DNA of 64,000 bases from an uncultured Gammaproteobacteria bacterium (GCA_964500725.1 CAZCNP010000006.1:3634-67633), one strand, 5' to 3'; counted from the stretch's first letter, positions 17,792 through 27,144 are shown. The notes: generated by a model not told the origin, from the sequence alone. Numbers and translations are program-made.

Positions 17792-18068
17792 GGGTGCCTA
17801 GGAAGTTAGTAAGCCAGATTCTGTTTCTCGATGATCATTTATCTAACGCTCCTTACTTCAACAAATGGGCAAGCAGCCCTGTTGGTTCTAGGATTGCAGC
17901 GGGGAGGATTGCCACGTTTCACCCGAGCATGACCCCGGTTCGTCACTGTTGCTCTAACTAGGCCTTACGGCTTCCAGCTTATGCTGGACACCCTGCTCTA
18001 TGCTGTCTGGACTTTCCTCTTAAGTAGTTTAAAGCTTCTTAAGCGATCATCCTTCTTCCTAGGCAGGT
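17792..18068 (-). ncRNA. rnpB: RNase P RNA (bacterial type-A-like, compact, about 277 nt)
   Basis: Minus strand GAGGAAAGUCCAGACAGCAUAGAGCAGGGUGUCCAGC (CR-I) ... GGGUGAAACGUGG ... ACAGAAUCUGGCUUACUAAC (CR-V). P1 is GCCUAGGAAG/CUUCCUAGGC. Confidence 0.85.
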
Positions 18069-18079
18069 ATATTATACAA

Positions 18080-19066
18080 CTATACTCTTTTCTCTTCAAT
18101 TATTCGGGTTGCAACAATTTGTATAACTACAGTCATTGGGACCGCCAAAAGCGCTCCTGCTATACCCAATAGTCTGCTGCCTATGGCTATTGCAAGAATT
18201 ACCATCAGTGGGTTTAACCCAACTGCTCTTTTCATTACTTGGGGCACAATTAAATTATTCTCCAATTGCTGAATAATAAAATACATCGCAGCTACTCCTA
18301 AACTTAAAACCGGAGAAATAGTCAATGTTATAAGCACTGATGGTATAGCAGAAATAATTGGTCCAATAACTGGCACGACCTCTAGTATCCCCGCCACTAC
18401 TGCCAATGGTAAGGCATAAGGAACTCCAAGAATAAGTAGCCCTATATAAGTTAAACTTCCAATAATTAAGCTTAAAAAGAGCTGTCCTCTTAACCAATTA
18501 CCCAACTTTTCTTCAATTTGCACAATTGCCCGCTTTATTTTTTCTTCTCTACATACAAACAGAGATGCTAACTTATCTTCTAAGCTTTCCCTCTCCAGCA
18601 ATAAGTAAAATGTAACAACCAATAAAAAAATGATAGTTAAAAAGTTATCAAACAGGGATAAAGTAATTGAGAAAATATTTTTTGATAAATCAGACAATTG
18701 AGCCTGTAATACTGATTTATCAATTGCTGCAATCTCTAAGACCGAATCGAGATAAGGAGGCAGAGTCAAAATAAGCTTTCTAGTCTCATCCACTAATGGA
18801 GGAACTACAATAGCCAATAATGCCGACAGAATGCCTATTATAATAATGTAGGTAAGCGCAATTCCAAGAGATTTAGGAACTTTAAACCTATGCAAAAATT
18901 TCACTATAGGGAAAATAGCTGACATTAAAATCAAGGCTACAAACAAAATTATCAGAAGATCCAATATCAAATAGATTAACCATATCCCTAGAATAAATAC
19001 TGCCACAAAAATAATTGTTTTATGAGAAATATCAATTTTTCTATTCATACTTCCATATAATACCAT
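18080..19066 (-). CDS. AI-2E family transporter (PerM/YhhT-like permease)
   Basis: 328 aa with eight TM helices and the AI-2E family pattern. Confidence 0.75.
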   Translation of the reverse strand: MVLYGSMNRKIDISHKTIIFVAVFILGIWLIYLILDLLIILFVALILMSAIFPIVKFLHRFKVPKSLGIALTYIIIIGILSALLAIVVPPLVDETRKLILTLPPYLDSVLEIAAIDKSVLQAQLSDLSKNIFSITLSLFDNFLTIIFLLVVTFYLLLERESLEDKLASLFVCREEKIKRAIVQIEEKLGNWLRGQLFLSLIIGSLTYIGLLILGVPYALPLAVVAGILEVVPVIGPIISAIPSVLITLTISPVLSLGVAAMYFIIQQLENNLIVPQVMKRAVGLNPLMVILAIAIGSRLLGIAGALLAVPMTVVIQIVATRIIEEKRV

Positions 19067-20004
19067 TTGCTCATCAATTTCACTACTTTAGATTGATAAT
19101 TTTGATCGGTAATATCAAACCATTTAATATTTTTCTCTTTTTTAAACCAGGTAATTTGTCTGCGGGCATAACCATGAATTTTATTCTGCAGAATTTTAAT
19201 TAGTTCATCTTTATCTGAGATTCTCCCAGATATATAGTCTGCTAACACTCCATACTCTAATCCTAATTGCTTCATTCTCTGTAAAGCTAAACCCTTGCTG
19301 TGTAAATCCTTTGTCTCAGTTATCATACCTTGGTTTATCCTACTGATCACCCTTTCATCAATTCTTTGATATAAAATTTGTCTTGGAGCAGTCAAGCCAA
19401 TCTTTAAAATATTCCAGCTTTTCAATTTTGAGTCTAAAATGTTATTTTTTTTCTGTTTTTGTCCTCCCATTATTATTTCTATTGCTCTCAGAAGACGGCG
19501 AGGATTCTGTTTATCTGATTCATTAAGTTTATTCCATTTATCAGGAGAGATTTTTTTCATTTTTTTTTGTAAGCTCTCTCTAGACAACTTCTCTAGTTTT
19601 TTCCTTAAACTTATATTTATTGGAATTGTCAAAGAGGGAATCCCTTCCAGCAAAACGTTAAGATAAAATCCTGTTCCCCCCACTATAATTGGCAGCTTTT
19701 TTCTATTGCTAATCTCCTCGATTACCCTGCTTGCATCTTTTACATAATCTGCAACTGTGTATTGCTTATTTGGGTCTGCCACATCATACATCCAAATCTT
19801 TACCCCATCCAACTCCCAATAACCTTTGCTTTTTTTTACTTTTACTATCTGTCCTGGCAATTTGCCCGTCCCAATATCTAAACTTTTGTAAACTTGTCTT
19901 GAGTCACAAGCAACTAATTCTCCATCAAATTTCTTTGCCAAGCTTATAGCCAAATCAGTTTTACCAGTTGATGTTGGGCCTAAAACAATTAGTAATCTAT
20001 TCAT
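19045..20004 (-). CDS. miaA: tRNA dimethylallyltransferase
   Basis: P-loop LIVLGPTSTGKTDLAI and the ACDSRQVYK motif. Confidence 0.85.
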   Translation of the reverse strand: MNRLLIVLGPTSTGKTDLAISLAKKFDGELVACDSRQVYKSLDIGTGKLPGQIVKVKKSKGYWELDGVKIWMYDVADPNKQYTVADYVKDASRVIEEISNRKKLPIIVGGTGFYLNVLLEGIPSLTIPINISLRKKLEKLSRESLQKKMKKISPDKWNKLNESDKQNPRRLLRAIEIIMGGQKQKKNNILDSKLKSWNILKIGLTAPRQILYQRIDERVISRINQGMITETKDLHSKGLALQRMKQLGLEYGVLADYISGRISDKDELIKILQNKIHGYARRQITWFKKEKNIKWFDITDQNYQSKVVKLMSKWYYMEV

Positions 20005-20016
20005 TTTTTTATGCTA

Positions 20017-21120
20017 TTAAATTGCATATATATTTAATTTATTTATCATAATAACTCCCCAAGCATTAACAAGAATACTTAAGACCCAAAGAAGATAAAA
20101 TATTTTACTTGGCTTGTTACCAATACCGATAGCTAAAAGAATAAGCAGAAACGGCATAAAATCTTGAGCAAACCTATATCCAAATTGGGCAAACCCTACT
20201 CCTCCCCATAAAGAGACAACTAGTAATGTTGCAATTATCGCCACCCAGCATGCTACCGTCAACAATGATTTCTTTGCTTTGAAAATATAGATGAATGCCG
20301 GGCTAGTAAACCAGAGTGCTGTGCTATAAAGGGATGGAATTAAAAAAGGCCAGGTAGATTGGACTTGTGGTAGCCTTAAAAGAATTGCCTCTATATGTCT
20401 TGGGATATAGGCTATATTCATAAATCCCTGCTGGAAAATCGGATCGTTTACTATTCCAGGGATTAACTGGTAAGGAGATAGTGGACTAAAATTATTAAAT
20501 CTTAAAAAATTGTATAAAGCATCTAGTAAGAATCTTTTCTTACCAGATACCTCAAATAGCGCAAGTAAGAGAAAAAATAAAGCGGTAATATGAGCTATAA
20601 ACCAAGCTGATCCAACACTAGCTAAGTACCAATGGTTAGTTCCAAAAGCAAAGAAAATAGTAACAAAAAAAGAAGTTTTATTGGAAAAATTTAGCCTCTT
20701 AAATAACAAATAAACTAAAACTACGTTAATCGCGCCTAAAATAATTGAGAATATAGTTTGAGAGAAATATTGACCAAGTAAAAATACAGATGGCAATAAA
20801 ACTATTGCTGGCATTGGCGGATAGACAATATAATATTTGCCTCCAATAGCTATCAGCTCATTTAACCAGGAAGGATGATCTGTAATATACAGCTTTCCGT
20901 CAAGCAAGCTTGCTGAAAGTCTAGTAAAATAATTATATGGAGTTTCTCCAGGTGAGGATAATAAATAAATGAAAAGTGTTGCTAAAAAAATAATCACCAA
21001 GAGTTTCATATTATTTATTCTAATTTTACTTGGTTTAGTAATAAGGTTTCTACTATCTCCTTTACCTGGTTTCAAAATAGATGTTGACGACTGGTTTGCT
21101 TGGGCAGTTAGACTCAGCAA
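20017..21120 (-). CDS. polytopic membrane protein, possible GT-C-type glycosyltransferase or polymerase
   Basis: More than 10 TM helices. Start uncertain: TTG at 21120, or ATG at 21009 (MKLLVIIFLATLF). 5' end overlaps the divergent gene at 20969. Confidence 0.4.
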   Translation of the reverse strand: MLSLTAQANQSSTSILKPGKGDSRNLITKPSKIRINNMKLLVIIFLATLFIYLLSSPGETPYNYFTRLSASLLDGKLYITDHPSWLNELIAIGGKYYIVYPPMPAIVLLPSVFLLGQYFSQTIFSIILGAINVVLVYLLFKRLNFSNKTSFFVTIFFAFGTNHWYLASVGSAWFIAHITALFFLLLALFEVSGKKRFLLDALYNFLRFNNFSPLSPYQLIPGIVNDPIFQQGFMNIAYIPRHIEAILLRLPQVQSTWPFLIPSLYSTALWFTSPAFIYIFKAKKSLLTVACWVAIIATLLVVSLWGGVGFAQFGYRFAQDFMPFLLILLAIGIGNKPSKIFYLLWVLSILVNAWGVIMINKLNIYAI

Positions 21121-22207
21121 TTTTGATTTTGCCCACTTTTACTCCAAGGATGTTTTTACTGATTATACCCCTGGATACTTATATATTCTTAGTGTCCTTG
21201 GTTTTTTAAAGAATGTATTAATGCTGGAGAATAATTTTTTTTATATCATCTTAAAACTTCCTGCAATACTTTCTGACTTAATAATCGGAATATTTGTATA
21301 TCAAGAAATCAAAAAAATAGTTTCTTCAAAGATAGCTTTATTTGCCATGTTTTTAATTATATTTAACCCAGTAGCTATCTTTAACAGTTCTATTTGGGGA
21401 CAAATTGATAGTGTTTTATCGCTGTTGATGTTACTTACTGTTATTGCTTTAAGGAAAAATAATTTAATCGCCAGTTCAGCTTTTTTTGGACTGGCACTTT
21501 TAGTCAAACCACAAGCTTTAGCGCTAATCCCTTTATTAACGCTCTTTCTAATAAAACATTTTAATCTTGCTAACTTATTCAAACTAGCTGTACCTGGCAG
21601 TTTAGTCATTTTTGTCTTAACCTTTCCTTTCTTCCCCAATCAAACACTAATAAACCTAGCTCAACATATTGCCAAAACTGCAGGGGAATATCCTTATATT
21701 TCACTAAATGCATATAATTTCTGGGGGGGTGTAGGATTTTGGATCTCAGATCAAACAATTTGGAATAGCTTATCTTTTCAACAATGGGGGTATATTTTAT
21801 TTGCAATATATTGGCTTATAATAATCTATTTTTATTTTAGTAAAAAGATTTCCATTTATGCCTTAGCAACGCTTGCTACTTTAGGTTTTTTCTTTCTCCC
21901 AACTAAAGTTCACGAAAGGTACCTTTATCCTGCAATAATTTTTCTTATACTTCTTATTTCTCAATACAAATCTAAAACCCTGCTTATCTTAACCAGCGCT
22001 TTAAGCTTATTACATCTTTTTAACTTATATTACGTCTATGTTTACTACAATGAAGTTTACTTTAAATTACCAAAACTACTTTTTAACCCAATTTTTTATA
22101 ACTTTTTGGCTGAGCAAGCTAGGAGCTTATCATTGATTTCTACAATCATTTTTATTTTAATTAGTATTACTGTAATTAGTTATGAATTATCTCAAAAAAA
22201 AGATTAG
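20969..22207 (+). CDS. GT-C fold membrane glycosyltransferase (GT39/ArnT-like)
   Basis: GAGGA RBS 11 nt upstream. Polytopic, with VDDWF in the first periplasmic loop. Confidence 0.55.
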   Translation: MKSVAKKIITKSFILFILILLGLVIRFLLSPLPGFKIDVDDWFAWAVRLSNFDFAHFYSKDVFTDYTPGYLYILSVLGFLKNVLMLENNFFYIILKLPAILSDLIIGIFVYQEIKKIVSSKIALFAMFLIIFNPVAIFNSSIWGQIDSVLSLLMLLTVIALRKNNLIASSAFFGLALLVKPQALALIPLLTLFLIKHFNLANLFKLAVPGSLVIFVLTFPFFPNQTLINLAQHIAKTAGEYPYISLNAYNFWGGVGFWISDQTIWNSLSFQQWGYILFAIYWLIIIYFYFSKKISIYALATLATLGFFFLPTKVHERYLYPAIIFLILLISQYKSKTLLILTSALSLLHLFNLYYVYVYYNEVYFKLPKLLFNPIFYNFLAEQARSLSLISTIIFILISITVISYELSQKKD

Positions 22208-23402
22208 CTCAAAACAAATACTTATATTAATTCTGCTCCTGACTGCTTTCCTGCGCTTTTTTCGCCTAGATTTTCCTAACAAATACGTCTTCGATGAAGT
22301 CTATCATGCCTTCACCGCTAAAGAATATTTAGCAGGACACAAAGAGGCTTGGGAATGGTGGACAACACCGCCGCCTGGGGTAGCATACGAATGGACACAT
22401 CCACCTTTGGCTAAAGAAATAATGACTATATCGATGTTTATACTAAACACCCGAGAAACCTGGGCTTATAGATTACCAGGAGCACTACTTGGAATCCTGT
22501 CTGTTTATTTAGTTTACCTGCTAGGGCTTAAACTATTAAATAATCAAACTGCTTCCTTGCTAGCCGCGTTTGTCTTTTCTTTAGATGGATTAAATTTTGT
22601 TCAATCGCGTACAGGAATGAATGATATTTATTATGTTACCTTTTTACTGGGGAGTCTATTATTGCTGCTTAACAAAAGATTTATTCTTTCTGCAGTTTTA
22701 GCAGGACTTGCTCTTTCTTCTAAATGGGCAGCCGTTTATTCTTATCTGATATTTATTCCATTATTACTTTACAGTAAACAATACCGCTTCATTGGCTATT
22801 TTATAATCATTCCACCCATTATTTATTTTTTAAGTTATCTGCCATTTTTTCTACTTGGACATTCTCCGACACAATTTATACAACTACAACAACAAATGTG
22901 GTGGTATCATACCAGCCTTAAAGCTACTCATGATTATACTTCACCATGGTGGTCTTGGCCGCTCAATTTATATCCTGTTTGGTATTTTGTAGATTATCAA
23001 AAAGAAAGGGTTGCAAATATTTTTGCTTCCGGTAACCCAATACTTTTTTGGGTTGGCAGCATCGCCGTTATTCTAACTGTCATAGAATCAGTTAAGAAAA
23101 AAGTCATAAATCTATTCTTAATTTCTTTAGGATTTTTTGTATTTTGGTTACCATGGGCGCTTTCTCCTAGGATTATGTTTTTGTATCATTTCAGTCCTTC
23201 TATACCTTTCTTAAGCCTTGCATTAGGATATCAATTAAGTAATTTATTAAAACATAGAAACGAAAGAAGGCTAGCTTTTGTAATTCTTCTGCTGATAATT
23301 GTAACTTTTGCTCTGCTCTACCCCTTTATTACAGCTATTCATATTCCAAGGGAGTATGTTAAAGCATTCTTCTTATTTAATCTATCAAAAAATCCTTTTT
23401 AG
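22182..23402 (+). CDS. dolichyl-phosphate-mannose-protein mannosyltransferase-like (GT39/PMT family) membrane glycosyltransferase
   Basis: FDEVYHAFTAKEY (loop-1 DE motif) plus WTHPPLAKE; 406 aa polytopic. Confidence 0.7.
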   Translation: MNYLKKKISSKQILILILLLTAFLRFFRLDFPNKYVFDEVYHAFTAKEYLAGHKEAWEWWTTPPPGVAYEWTHPPLAKEIMTISMFILNTRETWAYRLPGALLGILSVYLVYLLGLKLLNNQTASLLAAFVFSLDGLNFVQSRTGMNDIYYVTFLLGSLLLLLNKRFILSAVLAGLALSSKWAAVYSYLIFIPLLLYSKQYRFIGYFIIIPPIIYFLSYLPFFLLGHSPTQFIQLQQQMWWYHTSLKATHDYTSPWWSWPLNLYPVWYFVDYQKERVANIFASGNPILFWVGSIAVILTVIESVKKKVINLFLISLGFFVFWLPWALSPRIMFLYHFSPSIPFLSLALGYQLSNLLKHRNERRLAFVILLLIIVTFALLYPFITAIHIPREYVKAFFLFNLSKNPF

Positions 23403-24181
23403 CTGCTGGCTGAAGAGTAATTTTTTAGAGCAAGTTCCCAGGCTTTATAAGAAAAATAAAATAAAATAAGGGTAAATGAAATTGCGTAAGCAATGAGCCC
23501 AGGAGAAAGTAGTCCCATTAAAGCTTTAGCTGGAAATGTCATCATAATACCCACAGGAATAATAAAAGTAATCAAACTTCTTATTGGTTCAACATAAACA
23601 TCAATAGGAACTCTACCCATCCCCACCAAATCTCTATAAACTAAAATTGCACTATCTATCTCAGTTGTTAATACTGCTAAAGATAGCACCAGTATATGAA
23701 AAGAAAGAATAATGAGAAACCCTAATAAGAGCATGAAGATATACTCACCAATATTTAATATATTGAGCGAATTTAATTTATTTACAAAATAAACAATAGC
23801 AGCAATTAGAGGGATTAACGTAATAAAATCCAACAAATCTGGTCCTGTTAGCAAAGATCTAAATAAAGGACTGATGGGTTTTATCAAATAAAAATCAAAC
23901 GTCCCAGATAAAACCTTGGGTCTAAATCTATAAACTTCACGAAATAGAAGTTGGGATAAAATATCTAGAAAATTAAAGGAGAGAAAAAATAATAAAACCT
24001 GATCTAAAGTATACCCTGCTAATACTTTTGTACTTTGTAATAAAATTACCAGTAAAAATATAAAGGTAGTAAACCTTAATATCTTTGCCAGCAAAAATAT
24101 TATTAGCCCCCACCTTATATTAAGTTGTATTTGAAAAGCAGCTGATGCAAATAACCACCAAAGTTTTAAATATCTTTTCAC
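23399..24181 (-). CDS. ABC-2 family transporter permease
   Basis: 260 aa, six TM helices, downstream of the ATPase. Confidence 0.6.
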   Translation of the reverse strand: MKRYLKLWWLFASAAFQIQLNIRWGLIIFLLAKILRFTTFIFLLVILLQSTKVLAGYTLDQVLLFFLSFNFLDILSQLLFREVYRFRPKVLSGTFDFYLIKPISPLFRSLLTGPDLLDFITLIPLIAAIVYFVNKLNSLNILNIGEYIFMLLLGFLIILSFHILVLSLAVLTTEIDSAILVYRDLVGMGRVPIDVYVEPIRSLITFIIPVGIMMTFPAKALMGLLSPGLIAYAISFTLILFYFSYKAWELALKNYSSASS

Positions 24182-24183
24182 TA

Positions 24184-24990
24184 TTAATTTCCTTCTGCGC
24201 TAAAATGACGAAATCCGCTACTAATCATTAGTTTCGTTAGAATAATAAGAGTTATAATCCAGGCAGAAATTATTGAAAACCCATACAAAATTTCTGCATT
24301 TCTCATTCCTCCTAAATATATTTTAGAAGGAAAATATATTAGATAAGGGAATGGTGTTATCATCAAAATATTAAATATTTCTCTTGGTAAGATATCTAAG
24401 GGAAACAATCCTCCACCTAAAGTTTCCAGTAATACCCCAATCAAAAATAATGGCCCCCAAGAATTTTCCATCCAAAAAGCTGTCAAAGAAATTAAAAAAT
24501 TTATACAAAAATAGATAACGAGCCCCCCAGCAATTGCAAAAATAAAATATGCTAAAACTTGTATATTTGTTTGAATTATAACTGCAGGCTTTAATAGAAA
24601 AACTAATACGGAAACTTCCCCAATATAAAATAGGATATTAAAAAGCTTATCAGCTATATCCCGCGCTAAATAATATTTTACAAACCCAAGTGGCTTTATT
24701 AAAAAGTTAACTACACTCCCACTATTTATTGAGTCTATTAAATCCGTTACTCTTGTAGATAAAACAATTGCCCGAATCAAAGCAGCAATTAAAATATAAG
24801 TCAGTATAGATGAAGCAGTGTAGCCGAAGATTTGCTTTTGAGACTGAAAAACACTCCACCAGATAAAATACACTAAAAGAAGTTGCATCACAGACCTAAA
24901 TCTCCACAAAACAAAATTAAGTCTATATATTAGATTTTGCTGCCAAGCTATTCTAAAAACAGATATATATTTACCCATCAGATTTACCAA
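24184..24990 (-). CDS. ABC-2 family transporter permease
   Basis: 268 aa, six TM helices. Confidence 0.6.
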   Translation of the reverse strand: MVNLMGKYISVFRIAWQQNLIYRLNFVLWRFRSVMQLLLVYFIWWSVFQSQKQIFGYTASSILTYILIAALIRAIVLSTRVTDLIDSINSGSVVNFLIKPLGFVKYYLARDIADKLFNILFYIGEVSVLVFLLKPAVIIQTNIQVLAYFIFAIAGGLVIYFCINFLISLTAFWMENSWGPLFLIGVLLETLGGGLFPLDILPREIFNILMITPFPYLIYFPSKIYLGGMRNAEILYGFSIISAWIITLIILTKLMISSGFRHFSAEGN

Positions 24991-25291
24991 ATACCCAAGG
25001 TGTTTCCTTTTTATCTTTTTGCACCTTTGGACGATACTTTAATATCTTGTTAACCCTTACCACAGTATCTGTCCCAACACCAACCATTTTTGCAATTTTT
25101 CTAACCGGTAACCCCTTCTCTAAGAGACTTCTAATTTGAAACCGGTTCCTTAGCATCTTCCATTCTGATAAGGTTAATAATTCCTTTAAAATTTCTGTTG
25201 GCACTTCAATATCTTTACCCTGCCCTGGCTTACTCACAGCTAAGTTACCTTTCTTCTTTATTACTGAATATTTGTCTGACGATATCCTCAA
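24971..25291 (-). CDS. TrpR-like YerC/YecD family HTH protein
   Basis: LTLSEWKMLRNRFQIRSLLEKGLPVRKIAKMVGVGTDTVVRV matches the YerC/YecD signature. Track start is TTG at 25291; GTG at 25239 would avoid the 47-nt overlap with the ATPase. Confidence 0.5.
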   Translation of the reverse strand: MRISSDKYSVIKKKGNLAVSKPGQGKDIEVPTEILKELLTLSEWKMLRNRFQIRSLLEKGLPVRKIAKMVGVGTDTVVRVNKILKYRPKVQKDKKETPWVFGKSDG

Positions 25292-26234
25292 TTGCAGGCT
25301 CTTCTATTGTAAGATCAGCAATTTCAAATTGAGATAAAAGCTGGCTGGTTTTATCAGCAATTTTGCTCTTTTCTACTTCCAGGCTTACCTGATCCTCAAA
25401 GTGTTGTACTATTTTACCAATATTTTTTAACTTATTTAAATCAAATCCTTCTCTTATATCAGCTTTTATTAACTTATAAGGCGCAAATTTATTAACTATT
25501 TTTTCTAACGAACCATCATATATTATCTTACCCTTATTAATAACAATGACCCTTTTGCAAAGCTTTTCTACATCTCCCATGTAATGAGAGGTTAGTATTA
25601 TCGTTGCTTTAAACTCTTCATTATAATCTTTTATAAAATCCCGCATATTTTGCTGAGCTATTACATCAAGACCTATTGTTGGTTCATCTAAAAATAAAAC
25701 CTTTGGAGAGTGAAGTAGTGCTGCTATCAATTCGCATTTCATCCTCTGCCCTAAAGATAGCTTTCTAACAGGAACCGTTAAAATATCCTCCACTCTGAGC
25801 ATTTCTGACAACTTCTTAACATTGTCTCTAAAAGATTCCTCATCAATTTCATAAATCTCCTTATTTAGAATAAAACTATCCATCGCAGGCAAATCCCACC
25901 ATAATTGATTTTTCTGACCCATGATTAAAGAAATATTTTTCTGAAATTCTTTTTCTCTTTTAAAGGGTTCTTTACCAAAAACCTCTATTTGTCCTGAGGA
26001 AGGATATAAAAGACCTGATAGAACTTTTAAGGTTGTTGTTTTGCCAGCCCCGTTAGGTCCAATAAAACCAACCAACTCTCCCTCTTCTATGGTAAACGAA
26101 ACTCCATCTACAGCTTTAACATCGCTGTATTTTCTACTTATTAAAGATTTTAAAGATCCTAACAGTCCTGGCTCTTTTTGAAATATAGAATAATACTTTT
26201 TTAAATTATTAACAGAAATAATAGATTTGGACAT
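25245..26234 (-). CDS. ABC transporter ATP-binding protein
   Basis: Walker A GPNGAGKTT, signature LSLGQRMK, Walker B LFLDEPT. Confidence 0.85.
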   Translation of the reverse strand: MSKSIISVNNLKKYYSIFQKEPGLLGSLKSLISRKYSDVKAVDGVSFTIEEGELVGFIGPNGAGKTTTLKVLSGLLYPSSGQIEVFGKEPFKREKEFQKNISLIMGQKNQLWWDLPAMDSFILNKEIYEIDEESFRDNVKKLSEMLRVEDILTVPVRKLSLGQRMKCELIAALLHSPKVLFLDEPTIGLDVIAQQNMRDFIKDYNEEFKATIILTSHYMGDVEKLCKRVIVINKGKIIYDGSLEKIVNKFAPYKLIKADIREGFDLNKLKNIGKIVQHFEDQVSLEVEKSKIADKTSQLLSQFEIADLTIEEPAIEDIVRQIFSNKEER

Positions 26235-26291
26235 AGTCTAATTTTAGTCTAGTAAGAAAATTAAAACAACAAAAGAAGACTTTTTTGGAGG

Positions 26292-26564
26292 TTATTTAAT
26301 TAATCTTTTTAAGGTTTTACCTGCAGTAAACCCTGGAGTTTTTTTGTTAGGGATTTGAATAGTTTCACCAGTTTGAGGATTTCTTCCTCTTCTTGCTGCT
26401 CGGGATCTTATCAGAAATGTACCAAACCCTGTAATAACTACCTTCTCTCCTCTTACCAAACCATCTCTGATTAAATTAAAGGTAGCATTGACTGCATCAA
26501 CTGAGGCTCTTTTTGTTAAATTTGCTTTCTTGGCAACTTTTTCTATTAATTCATTTTTTGTCAT
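26292..26564 (-). CDS. hup: DNA-binding protein HU
   Basis: MTKNELIEKVAKKANLTKRASVDAV...GFGTF...RAARRGRNPQTGE. ATG at 26564; the track version is extended at the 5' end. Confidence 0.85.
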   Translation of the reverse strand: MTKNELIEKVAKKANLTKRASVDAVNATFNLIRDGLVRGEKVVITGFGTFLIRSRAARRGRNPQTGETIQIPNKKTPGFTAGKTLKRLIK

Positions 26565-26615
26565 ATGAATATGGATAAATTTACCAAATGTTCTCCTGTT
26601 TAGCAAGCCCCAAAT

Positions 26616-26828
26616 CTATATTCCTTGCATCTTCTCTTTAAGTTTAAACTCCAGAAACTCTCTCACTCTTTTATCGGGTTGATCCTCTTTACCAAAGGCT
26701 TTAACTAATGCATAAGTAAATGTCTCAACTCTATCTGCAGGGACGCCCAATCTTTCCACCAAACTTTCAATTGTGGGAACAGTTTGACCAACCTGATCAA
26801 ATTGTCGCATTCCATTTCTTTCTAACAT
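26616..26828 (-). CDS. small AbrB/MazE/SpoVT-like protein (70 aa), directly downstream of T-box-like leader copy 2
   Basis: GAGGAGG RBS then ATG 26828 (track start 26849 abuts the terminator U-tract). MRQFDQVGQTVPTIESLVERLGV parallels AbrB RKVDELGRVVIPIELRRTLGI. Confidence 0.45.
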   Translation of the reverse strand: MLERNGMRQFDQVGQTVPTIESLVERLGVPADRVETFTYALVKAFGKEDQPDKRVREFLEFKLKEKMQGI

Positions 26829-26849
26829 TTTTCCTCCTCTCTTTGACAT

Positions 26850-27113
26850 AAAAAAGCCCTTGTAAATCCCTAAGATATTCTTAGAAACTTACAAGGGCCT
26901 TCAAAAGGCGGTGCCACCTTGCTTTAAGTTTTTACATAAAAAATCCTCCAATTACGGAGGAGTACTGTAGAAACTTAATCTTACAGCGCTCCGTTGCCGA
27001 CACGCTTATTGTATTTATACAGTTCAATTTCTGTCACAGTATTTCTTTGCCGACTGACCTGTGCAGCTTGTCTATTGCGATAGACTCAAACGCTTTTAAA
27101 ATATTTAATTGTT
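26850..27113 (-). promoter_or_regulatory. T-box-like leader RNA (copy 2) with canonical antiterminator (A1 / UGGNACC bulge / A2) overlapping an intrinsic terminator
   Basis: Minus strand CAAGG-UGGCACC-GCC-UUUUGAA-GGC-CCUUGU (26921-26891), then terminator GCCCUUGUAA...UUACAAGGGC+U6 (26898-26850). Stem III CCUCCGUAAUUGGAGG at 26959-26944. Confidence 0.55.
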
Positions 27114-27144
27114 GATAATAGTATAACAGGAGAAAGTTAGAGTG

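Noticed and set aside
18255-18497. Minus-strand 80-aa ORF inside the AI-2E transporter gene (different frame)
   Set aside because: Overlapped by the longer, homology-supported AI-2E frame.
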